The notes under the pieces are model-generated. The model had not been told where the DNA came from and did no database searches. It was given only the letters and a program-made list of their open reading frames with translations. A stretch of 32,744 bases of DNA, from positions 5,911,392 through 5,944,135 of the forward strand of contig JARFOE010000013.1 of NCBI GenBank assembly GCA_031763465.1, written 5' to 3'. Positions 23,141 to 32,744 of this stretch are shown here, piece by piece (positions within the stretch are counted from its first letter, which is position 1; every line of letters begins with the position of its first letter). The position numbers and the translations under genes are program-made. The stretch comes from Squatina squatina (taxonomy: Eukaryota).

Positions 23141-24198
23141 CAGGTGTTCGATGAATATCAATTCTTTTGAATAGTTGACAGCTACAAATGTGGTATAAAA
23201 GCTATCATTTCATATTCTCACCATGGTCAGATTTACTTCAGTTGACATTGTACACCATGGCTNNNNNNNNNNNNNNNNNNNNNNNNNNNNNNNNNNNNNN
23301 NNNNNNNNNNNNNNNNNNNNNNNNNNNNNNNNNNNNNNNNNNNNNNNNNNNNNNNNNNNNNNTGTTTTTGTTTGTGTGAGGTATCTCCCGTTCCCTAAAT
23401 GACGTATCTTGATTACAGGATATTCTCACAGCCAGAGTGTGATATTGGAAGTACGTATTATATTCCAGTATGTTTCAATCTTGGGATTACATTTAAAAAA
23501 ACAAACACAAGGCACATTTTATTAGAATGTCAAGAACAATATTTTCCATTAAAATATAGTTACATTGATTAAAATAAACACCTCATTCTGATGATTCCAG
23601 CATTATTATCAAGGCCTCTACTATATTTCCTTCTCAGCCATTCTTTCGGTTAGAAATCATACTAGTGTAAAAAGGCTATCATTTATCATGTTGAATGTAG
23701 ACTGGCTTAGCATAAACAAGAAGATAGCATGAGTAGAGCCACAGAGTCAGAATGAGAGGAATAGATCAGCAGAAACCACTGAAGTATAGTACTGTGAGAC
23801 AAGGATCATGAGTAATTAGGGGTACACAAAGGATGGTCACTGAGGAGAGTCAGGGACTTGTATTTTTATTGACAAACAGTAATTTTATTGTCCTGTAGAT
23901 ACGAATATGATGAATGAGGATAATCAGTAGTGCATTGTTTTGTCTTTCATTGTGAAATGCTGATGAAGAAAATAGGTGTAGCACATGGCTCGTGAAGCGC
24001 ATCACCAACCAATCATTTTAAACTAGGAGAACACCAGGCCTCTCTGCAAATATTAAAAATGACTACTCAAATAAATGCAACATTCTTCACAGAAGTGTGT
24101 TTAAATCATGTTATTGTGGCAGTTTTACATATGAAGATTTTGCTCTTCAAATTTCCGTTACATTTCAGGATGAACATAGAATTTAATTTATTGTTAAA

Positions 24199-24216
24199 TA
24201 CTGCCATCTAGTGTCT
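24199..24216 (-). promoter_or_regulatory. Candidate CTCF binding site
   Basis: Minus strand GACACTAGATGGCAGTA matches the CTCF core CCACYAGRTGGCAG with one mismatch, in AT-rich non-repeat sequence. Confidence 0.5.
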
Positions 24217-24676
24217 CTGCATCCACTGGCAAATCATATTTTGAATTCCTTTTACGTATAATTTAATAACAGATGCTTGGGCATGCAGTGTGTGACTTTT
24301 GAAGGCAAATCATTGATCTATTCTAATTACATTCCAGCAACATGTTGTTTCTTAGCAACTGACTGGGAAGAAACTTCCATAGCATTATGCCAAAATAATT
24401 ATCTTTAGGCATAACAGTTGCTATTGCTTCAAGATGTGATATTTGATTGTTTTGCCATATAGATTTTTAACTGTCTTGTTGAGATTTATTTAGCATGCTT
24501 ATGTGACAGTAGCATATAATGATATCTATGGCAATCTATTGAAAATGTTGAAATTTGATGCTTTTATTAATTTTAGNNNNNNNNNNNNNNNNNNNNNNNN
24601 NNNNNNNNNNNNNNNNNNNNNNNNNNNNNNNNNNNNNNNNNNNNNNNNNNNNNNNNNNNNNNNNNNNNNNNNNNNN

Positions 24677-25753
24677 AACATGGCGGGGGCAGCAGAGGCC
24701 CGGGGAAGAGCAGATTTGGGGCTCACCCCCGGCCCAAGCTGAGCTCCAGATCTTTCTAAGATGGCGGCACCCACGCCGGTAAAATGAAGCGGGACCGCAG
24801 GGAATGGGAGGCTGGACGAGCAGAAGGTTGGTGCAGAGGAGCGGTTTGTGTGTGGCCCAGGAAGCCAGGAGCTGAGCACTGAGAAGCAGCGGAGTGGGAA
24901 GCGAGAGGCCCGGGGAGACGGCGACCGGCAGCCGAGGGGAGCGAGGCGAATGAGGCTCGGGAAGCCAGAGTCCAGGGGCCCGAGGAGCCAGATGCCAGGA
25001 GTACGGGGATCCAGCAGTGCAGGGAGTCAGAGGTTGGAGTAGCGATTGAGGGGGAAAAGGAGACTATGTGTATGTCTATGTGTTAGTCCGTGGAGTAGAG
25101 CCTAGTCTCCAATCGTCTCGGTCCTCCTCACCATGGGGTCAAGACCTTGCTCGGCCAAGACCATGTGGTGGCCGGCGTGCAACAGCAATCCCACATTAAA
25201 AAAATCCACACACAGGCATCTTCCACCCCTTCAAATTGAAGTTTGGGACCTGGAACATCAGGACCCTCATGGACAACCCCATCAGCAACAGACCCGAAAG
25301 GCGCACCACTTTCATAGCCCAGGAACTCAGGCGTTATGACATCAACACCGCCACCCTGTGTGAGACCCGGAGGGCAGGAGAAGGCCAGCTCAAGGAGCAA
25401 GGTGGTGGATACATCTTCTTCTGGAAAGGCAAACCAGAGGAAGAATGCCGTCTCCACGGTGTTGGCTTCGCCATAAAAATGATCTAGTCGGGCGCCTCAG
25501 CGAGCCCCCGTGCAGGATAAACAAACCTTCGACTCTCCCTAACCCAGAACCACCACGGTCATCAGTGCGTACGCCCCAACTCTAAATGCAACAGAGGAGA
25601 CCAAAGAGGACTTCTACTCCACCCTCGAGCAATCCCTTCCCACATCCCAAAGAGAGACAAGCTGATCCTCCTCGGTGATTTCAATGCCAGAGTCGGGAAG
25701 GAGGTAAACCTCTGGAAAGGCACGATCAGCAGGGAGGAAGTTGGGAAAGCAAA
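24677..25753 (+). mobile_element. RTE-clade LINE: GC-rich 5' region plus APE endonuclease (frameshifted, truncated by gap)
   Basis: KFGTWNIRTLMD..RPERRT..ELRRYDI..LCETR..GEGQLKEQGGGYIFFWKG..HGVGFAIK, then VISAYAPTL..KEDFYSTL..DKLILLGDFNARVG. Assigning 24677-25230 to the 5' UTR is less certain. Confidence 0.9.
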
Positions 25754-25853
25754 NNNNNNNNNNNNNNNNNNNNNNNNNNNNNNNNNNNNNNNNNNNNNNN
25801 NNNNNNNNNNNNNNNNNNNNNNNNNNNNNNNNNNNNNNNNNNNNNNNNNNNNN

Positions 25854-25940
25854 GGAGAGAGAAACAGAGTTAATGTTTCAGGTCAAAGGCCCTTCGTCAG
25901 AACTGGAAAAAGTTAGAATTGTAGCAGGTTATTAAGCACC
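25854..25940 (-). mobile_element. Penelope-like terminal repeat fragment with decayed hammerhead core
   Basis: Minus strand CCAGTTCTGACGAAGGGCCTTTGACCTGAAACATTAACTCTGTTTCTCTCTCC shows the CUGANGA-stem II-GAAAC arrangement. Confidence 0.65.
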
Positions 25941-27696
25941 TGCGGGGTGAGAAAAGTGGGAGACCACGAGCTAAAATGAAAGGCTGATTCTAATAACAAG
26001 TTAACTGTTCTTAGGCTCTTCTTGCTAATCTTTGTGCATAGAAGAATGCTGAATCCATACACGTGTGGATGTAACTCTTACTGACAATCAAAAAATAACC
26101 TCTGAAGCATTGTTGAACTGATCTAACTTCCTGGTTCATTGGAAATTCTCCTGAAAATTCATGTTCTGAAAATTGTTCTGATTTTGAGCATTGTAATACT
26201 TAGTGAAAGCCCAGCACACGTCTGAGTGATTTTATTTCAGGAGAATTGAACATACTTGAAATAGATAAAATAAGACATATTTTGGTAACAGAAATGTCAG
26301 TAGCATCAAAAATGTGACATTGAGCATCCATTTTCTATGTATTTAAATGGCAATTGCCGTGCTGTAATCAAATTGATTTGACTTATTTTGTGAATAAGTT
26401 ATTCATAAACAGGCATGACCTTTTTTGTTTATTAAGTTTTGGCAGATTTATGTTCTTTGAAGCTGACTTCATCCTATGTGTGCACTATTTATTGAATAGA
26501 AATGAATGGAACCAATGCTTAAAAAAGAAACAAAAATTAACTTGTGTCAGTGTGCTCCATGCCTCCATTTATAAAGGCTCTATGCTTCAGTAAATGATGT
26601 AGAGACTCAATTTGAAGAATGAGAAATACAAAAGGGGAATAATCATAATTTGGGGCTCGAAGAAAATAGAATCATAGGCCTAGAAATTCANNNNNNNNNN
26701 NNNNNNNNNNNNNNNNNNNNNNNNNNNNNNNNNNNNNNNNNNNNNNNNNNNNNNNNNNNNNNNNNNNNNNNNNNNNNNNNNNNNNNNNNNATTTAATATT
26801 CCGGGTTCTTGTCAGTTATTAATTAAGCAACCTGCGTCAGATTCTTCCGAGGTTTTAGCCCAGTACTAACTGATATTCAACTCCTCGTCTATCTGAGTTT
26901 CCTTGACTAAATGCTAATTATCAGTCTGTCTGGAACAAAATAGGTAAAATATCAACCATTCTTTCCTCGTCTATTTGCAGATACATTATCCCTATATTTA
27001 GCACAGAATTCACAGTCTCATTGTGACCTTATTGTTAAATGTGAAGAAAATGAAAGGAGTACTGTAACATGCCATTTTCCTTGTGTGTGCATTTTCCCCT
27101 GTGGCAATCATCAACCTCCACATCACTTACTCCAGTTAATTGTCATTATAATTTTAAAAGTAATATTCCATCTGAGCAGAAGCAGAAGTCTGCATTCATA
27201 AAGATTTTTTAGACACATGTCTGCAAACTATATAAAGTATTGTGGTAGTCTTCACACACAACAGTTTCACTCTATTTTATTGCTTTATTGAAGTGTTAGT
27301 TTTGTTATTTCCTGTCTTATTGGTGTCTAACGGTCCCAAAGGATAATTTACTANNNNNNNNNNCTATTGAATTTGTTTGGACGTCATTTCTCACACAGAA
27401 GTATGAGCACCACTTTATTTTTGTTCAAATATTTCCATCCCATGTACTTTCAAGATCAATATATATTTTAGAGGTGTATTTAGATAATTGTCCAAGTAAT
27501 TTTTAAATGTTCAAACCATTTGTAATTTTACAACTCAAGTGTGGGCACCAACACATGTTCAGAAAGAAAATTAATATTCTGGTAAGAATTAAGGCTACAA
27601 ATTTCAGATAGAGGGAGCATGGAACTCCAGCACGATTCTGGCAGGGAGTGTAAATTAGGCCATACCTGGATCTGCTGACTTTGTGTCTCACATACA

Positions 27697-28190
27697 TTCT
27701 TCTTAGTATGTCCTGGCATAACATCAAATGCAGTCCCTGGTGCATTGAAGGGCAATGTCGTTTGCCTCAGCTAAATCACGGGGTGGTTGGTGTGGGCAGT
27801 AGGGAGGCAAATTAGCAGTTCTGCTTTTCCCCACAGTCACAGGTGTCGGGGCCTTGTGCACATCCCCATTTGACCATGTTGGCCTTACATCTCCTAACTT
27901 TGGTGCACTTCCAGGTGGTCCATCCACTTTGAGCTCCACCCGGGAGTTCCTCTGCTGGACGTTGAGCCTCGTGGTGTTTTCCGGCTCATTCAGTCGCTGT
28001 TGCCACAGCCTTGCACGGGTGGTGCTTGGGGTTGTTTCGAGTGGCTCTGTGGAGGAGCAGAAGCTACTTCTGGAGCGCAGTCAACTTGGGATCTGGTTGT
28101 GGCCATAGCATGTAATACTTCACTAAATCACTGCAATAATGGCACTGGTCTGTTCTCGAATCTCCTCTACCGCTGTTCTACTAACCATGC
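27697..28190 (-). mobile_element. RTE-X-like LINE 3' end
   Basis: ..YGHNQIPS*LRSRSSFCSSTEPL..ARLWQQRL.., WTTWKC..RCKANMVKWG..TCDCGEKQ..CP..DLAEANDIALQC (CCHC-like C-terminus), ending GGACATACTAAGAAGAA. Confidence 0.75.
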
Positions 28191-28289
28191 CCAGTTCATC
28201 AAGTAAATTCCTCTTCAGATTAGGCTTTCGTGGGAAGAAATAGAAGAAAAACAAATATTGATGCAAGAAGGCGTCCCAGTAACGAGTTC

Positions 28290-28524
28290 GTGTTTCCGGC
28301 TGCTCCAAGCCGGAGTTGTTCCCAATACACTGGCCGCCCTGCGCCGCAGTGGATACTGGGAGTTGTAGTCCGAGTGTCTCGAGGCTTTCGTCTCTCCGCG
28401 CGCAAGTTCCTTGCATTGCCTACAAGTTCCAGGAGCTACTGGTGCAGCTGCCCATGCGCAAAGGTCTTCCGCTGGCAGGAGCGAGGCCTTGGGTTGACCT
28501 ACACCAGGGGAAAGAAGATGGCGG
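28290..28524 (+). promoter_or_regulatory. TATA-less housekeeping-type promoter / small CpG island
   Basis: ZNF143/THAP11 motif GGACTACAACTCCCAGTATCC (minus, 28351-28371), second copy CCTACAAGTTCCAGGAGC (28419-28436), NRF1-like TGCCCATGCGCA (28449-28460), ETS-like TTCCG (28294, 28467), and YY1 AAGATGGCGG (28515-28524). Confidence 0.75.
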
Positions 28525-28547
28525 TACCGGCTAGATTTGGCCTGAAG
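28518..28547 (+). CDS. Probable first coding exon (MAVPARFGLK), possibly the start of a mitochondrial presequence
   Basis: Strong Kozak AAGATGG directly after the promoter motifs, then a candidate phase-0 donor AAG|GTGATG. GC falls sharply downstream. The peptide is basic/hydrophobic with no acidic residues. No exon 2 was found in the window. Confidence 0.55.
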
Positions 28548-28987
28548 GTGATGGGGGAGAGGGTTTAATTCAATTCATTTTCATTTTCGTTGAGGTTAGA
28601 ACCTGGATTGTTGAATATTTTGCAGTTTCTAATGTTTAGACTGAATCTGCGTGCATTAAATAAGGTTTAATGTAGGGAATACTGGCTCGGACTGTAATTC
28701 TGTCTGCTTGTGTTGAATTGAAATGTTGGCAAATATTTATGGGTTTGATTTTTATAAGGTTTTGATTTTTCAGCGTATTAAGTCGAAACTGTAGGAATTT
28801 TGAGACCTGATTCTCAAAGCTAAATCTGAAGCTGACTCTTCAAAAGTGACCCTTTTTTGACATTCAGAATTCACTTTGCTTGAGTTATTTATTACAATAT
28901 CTATTTTAGTACAGCCGAAATGAATTTAAATAACTTTACCTAATGGGCTAATTTTATTTTAGCATTTTGTGCAAATTGAAATATTAC

Positions 28988-29066
28988 TGTTGTGCTAAGT
29001 GGAATGGGCTGAGGACAGATCTGGCAGCCCAAAACTGGAAATGCATAAGTTGCTGTTATTTGTCAG
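28988..29066 (+). mobile_element. CR1-group LINE ORF2 fragment (second family)
   Basis: AKWNGLRTDLAAQNW, a post-endonuclease motif. Confidence 0.65.
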
Positions 29067-29166
29067 NNNNNNNNNNNNNNNNNNNNNNNNNNNNNNNNNN
29101 NNNNNNNNNNNNNNNNNNNNNNNNNNNNNNNNNNNNNNNNNNNNNNNNNNNNNNNNNNNNNNNNNN

Positions 29167-30069
29167 CTGTCCATCCAATCAGCCACAGTGGGAGCGATGT
29201 GAACCAGGATGACAAAATCTCAAAACCAATATTTAAGTGGACGCTCCAAACAATTTAAAGGAGTTTGGAGTTGGAAGAGAAGGAAGTGCCAGAATGAACC
29301 CGAGATGGGAAAAGACTGCGCCTCATTTCACTGATCCCTCCCTGGGTGTGCTGCTGGGGGCTGTGATGAAGAAGCCTGCAGCAGAGACCAAGAAGGCATG
29401 GTTAGAGGTAGAGGAGGTCAGCAGCAGGAGTGTGGTGCTACATCCTGGATTCAGTGCAGAAAGTGCTTTAATGACCTAAGCAGGTCAGGAAAGGTGGGTA
29501 CAGTGGCACATTAACCCACATCCTGCTGTGTGCATGACCCCACCCCCTCACTCAGCCTACACCATCACATCACTCCTCATGCACACTCACTTACCCCTCC
29601 TCTTTCTATGCACTTCCTCACATTCCCATCTATCCATCCACCACTCTCACTCACTCTCATCATTATGCAATATCATGCATCTTCCTTATAGTCACCCTCA
29701 TCAAATGTAATGCATCCACGTCATTACACTCACTCACAGGTCTGTACTTTCCCTCCTTGCAGGAGAGGAGAGCACAAAACACATGGGGGGAAGGTGAGAA
29801 TTGAAAAGGGCTCTCCAAACATCTCGCAGTTGACAAGCGCAGAGGAAGAGGCACTGAAGATCAGTAGAGTTTCGGTGTCCCTGGCCATTGGAGATGAAAA
29901 AATGGGGAGCACCCAGCTATCTGGTGACACAATTAAATAAAAGCCACCCACATGTCATATGGCACTCAGTTACGTTGACCTAATTTCAACAGCGAGTGAA
30001 ATATGATCAGCTTCATAATGATAACTTGTTCTGTAGGAGTTTGCCTTCCCACAGAGAGAGTTCAGACAC
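29167..30069 (+). pseudogene. Harbinger ORF2 Myb/SANT-like gene, decayed, with two introns
   Basis: EKTAPHFTDPSLGVLLGAV..TKKAWLEV-EEVSSRSV..WIQCRKCFNDLSRSGK|gtgggt (donor 29494). Exon 29763-29923 reads ERRAQN..LTSAEEEALKI..GDEK, with the next acceptor at 30035-30036. Frameshifts and an internal deletion are present. Confidence 0.85.
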
Positions 30070-30169
30070 NNNNNNNNNNNNNNNNNNNNNNNNNNNNNNN
30101 NNNNNNNNNNNNNNNNNNNNNNNNNNNNNNNNNNNNNNNNNNNNNNNNNNNNNNNNNNNNNNNNNNNNN

Positions 30170-30982
30170 AAACTCTGGAAGATGGAGTTCAATGTGAGGA
30201 ACTGTGAGGTCATCCACTTCAGACTCAATAGACCAATTAATATATTTTCTTAATGGTGAGAGACTAGGAACTGCAGAGGAGCAAAAGGATTCAAACACAC
30301 AAATCACAAAGCTAGTAGAGAGGTACAAAAAAGTAATTAAAAAGGCTAATGGAATGTTGGCATCTCTCTCAAGGGGGCTGGAATTCAAAAGTGTGGAAGC
30401 GATACTTCAGTTGTACAGAGCTTTGGTCAGACCGCATTCTGGAGTACGGTGTTCAATTTTGGGCACCAGAACTAAGGAAGGATACATTGACCTCGGAAGG
30501 GGTACAGTGCAAATTCACCAGAATTATAGCAGATATAAAGGGTTCAATTCTGAGGACAGGTTTCATAAACTTGGCTTATATTCCCTTGAGTTTAGATCAA
30601 GGGGTGGTCTAATTGAGATGTTTAAACTGATGAAACAATTCGATCGGGTAGATACTGAGAACCTATTTCCTCTGGTGGGAATAATTCAGAACAAGGGGGC
30701 AAAATCTTAAAATTACAGCTAGGTCACTTTGGAGGGACATCAGGAAGCACTTTTTCCAAACGAAAGATAGTGGAAATCTGGAACTCTCTCCCAAAAGGCT
30801 GTGGATGCTGGGACAATTGAAATTTTGAAGGTGAAATCGACATTTATTTGTTAGGTTAGGGTATTAAGGGATATGAATCAAAGGCAGGTAAATGGAGTTG
30901 AGGTACAGATCAGCCATGATCTAATAGAATGGCGCAACAAGCCAGAAGGACTGAATGGTCTACTCATCTTCCTCTGTTTCAC
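30170..30982 (+). mobile_element. CR1 LINE ORF2 C-terminus and 3' UTR
   Basis: WKMEFNVRNCEVIHF..KKANGML..LQLYRALVRPH/LEYGVQFWAP..LGLYSLE..RGGLIEMFK, ending GAAGGACTGAATGGTCTACTC. Confidence 0.95.
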
Positions 30983-31326
30983 ATACCCAAGACAATCCAC
31001 TAATTTCAATTTACAGAATAGGGATTATATTCTACTTGAGACCATCATAATCTAGTTTATCAAATTAGAAAATACTTTATCCCAAGGTTTTGCTTTGTAC
31101 TTCTCTAAAAGTTTTGAGACATATTAAACTGTCAAAAAATAATTAGTGTTGATTTAAGCAATACAAATAAATTCTAAAATTAAAAGCATAAATTTAATTC
31201 CTTAGGAAGAACTTTCCAGCACTTTCTTTGGAAGAGTAAAGAAAAGGCATTTTGTAATTAAATTGCAGCAAAGACGGAATTCTAATCTTTTTGATAAATT
31301 GAGTGAAAGGTCATGGCCTGGAGTGA

Positions 31327-31376
31327 AGGACACTACCAAGGTTAAAAATAGAGGACACTACCAAGGTTAAAAATAG
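31327..31376. repeat. Perfect 25-bp tandem duplication
   Basis: AGGACACTACCAAGGTTAAAAATAG occurs twice (31327-31351 and 31352-31376). Confidence 0.95.
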
Positions 31377-31744
31377 AAGATATCATAAATCACCAGTTTG
31401 TGTGGCTGCAGTAAAGCAAGTAAATAGGATCTGGGGCTGTAGAGAAATAAAACACAAGTCTTAGGAAATGATTCATGTTTATCTTGTGTTTAACATCACA
31501 GGTTCTACAAGAGGTCAAAGCCTCAAACTTAGGAGGGTTTAAAGACAGTTAAACCACTTAATACTGAGGGTGATGAATGTTTGCAATGAACTTCCAAGAC
31601 AGGCAGCAAATTCAGAAGAGAATTGGCTAAATACCCAGAGCAAAAGTTGACAGAGGTGTGAAAGGGATCGTGAGATGCGCATCAGACACTGGGAGCAGCT
31701 AGAAGGGTTGTAATTGTCTTTTCCAGTCCTGTATGTTCTTGTGT

Positions 31745-32744
31745 TCCTGAATTGAGCCATGAAAACCAAAGTTTTCAAACTTCTAACTCATGAGGAAATT
31801 AATGCATAACTTACTGATGCTAAATATTTTAGGAAGTTACGTTTGTCCTCAGGTTTCTGGCAATTGAAGCTGAATGACGCATGGTCCATGTTGTGAATAT
31901 TAATATTCCTTATGGGTGGTACAGTTTTTTAATATCTTCTCTTTGGCATTGTTTCAGTTCCAGGCATAGATCACAAAATAAATCCACATGCTTGAAAGGC
32001 ACATTTGTGGCATTAGCACATTATCGGTTGAAATAATAATGTGGGTTGGTCCAAAGAGGAACATGTTAGAATTTGGAAAATACTTGAGGCTGCTGGAAGA
32101 GTCAGCCAGAAGCTTAATAAAGACAAATGTGTACTGGAGTCACTGAATATGTTGGTGATATCATCACTAGGAAAGGTATTAGCTTGATCATGCGTAACTT
32201 ATCGGTATCAAGCACATGCCGCATAAACAGTACATGAAATATATATGGGAAGGGACTGGGCACACACAAAACCTCTGGGAGAAAGTATCACCTCTTTGGA
32301 AAAAAAATTGGAAAGACAACCGAATGGAGGTGGAATCCCAAAGAGGAAGTTTAAAGAGGCTGTTCAAGCAAGAATCAGTTTGGACATTCAATGACCGATA
32401 CAAATTTCAGGTGATACATCAGAGATACCACCAGACACCATGTTGTAGCAACCTGTCACTTACGCAGTACATTCATCAATGCATAGATTAAGTATGCCCA
32501 GATCTGTTAAGTAATTCAGTTTGCTTGCAAAAGTTTCAATCAGCTGTGTCATTAGTGCTGCCACTAATTGCTCGATTTGTGAATGATTATCCTTGTGAAT
32601 ACAAAGCATGATGATCAGGATAAAGAAGCGTGATCTGAGGGTGTCTACACTGCTAAAGCATCATCAAGAACAATGGACAAGATTGCAAGAGCTAATGTAA
32701 AATTCGATGAGCTTCTTGAAGCTTACATTAACATGGCTATTATG
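31745..32744 (+). pseudogene. Decayed Gypsy LTR-retrotransposon pol (RT, connection, RNase H); may extend upstream to about 31250
   Basis: FKLLTHEEI..AKYFRKL..SSGFWQLKL..NIPYG..FGIVSVP..SKEEH..KLNKDKC..YVGDII..QPVTYA..KYAQI..FACK. Many stops and frameshifts; the YXDD motif is lost. Confidence 0.85.

Noticed and set aside
24677-25042. Host CpG-island promoter and first exon (ATGGCG starts)
   Set aside because: It runs continuously into the RTE endonuclease, has no clear splice donor, and is better explained as the element's 5' region.
28518-28547. Naming the gene (e.g. ACADM or IDH3A, which I recall having similarly short first coding exons)
   Set aside because: Exon length and presequence-like composition alone are not diagnostic, and no second exon is visible.

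Overview
Repeat-rich vertebrate genomic DNA, almost certainly from a cartilaginous fish (shark-type repeat families). It comes from a gappy scaffold with 20 gaps of 100 N and 3 of 10 N, and most gaps sit inside repeats. No intact long gene is present, and most ORFs in the track are transposon fragments or chance ORFs that run across gaps. Recognisable content: Deu-domain SINEs (SacSINE1-like), many CR1-group LINE fragments of different ages, an RTE LINE 5' end with its endonuclease, an RTE-X 3' end, Penelope-derived pieces (one with a decayed hammerhead ribozyme core), a decayed Gypsy pol, and many PIF/Harbinger pieces (a DDE transposase, two intron-containing Myb/SANT genes and MITE-like ends). 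The only good host-gene signal is a compact housekeeping-type promoter at about 28290-28550, with ZNF143/THAP11, NRF1, ETS and YY1 motifs. It leads into a 30-nt first coding exon (MAVPARFGLK) that may begin a mitochondrial presequence. I found no convincing novel biological system; the best leads are listed as findings.
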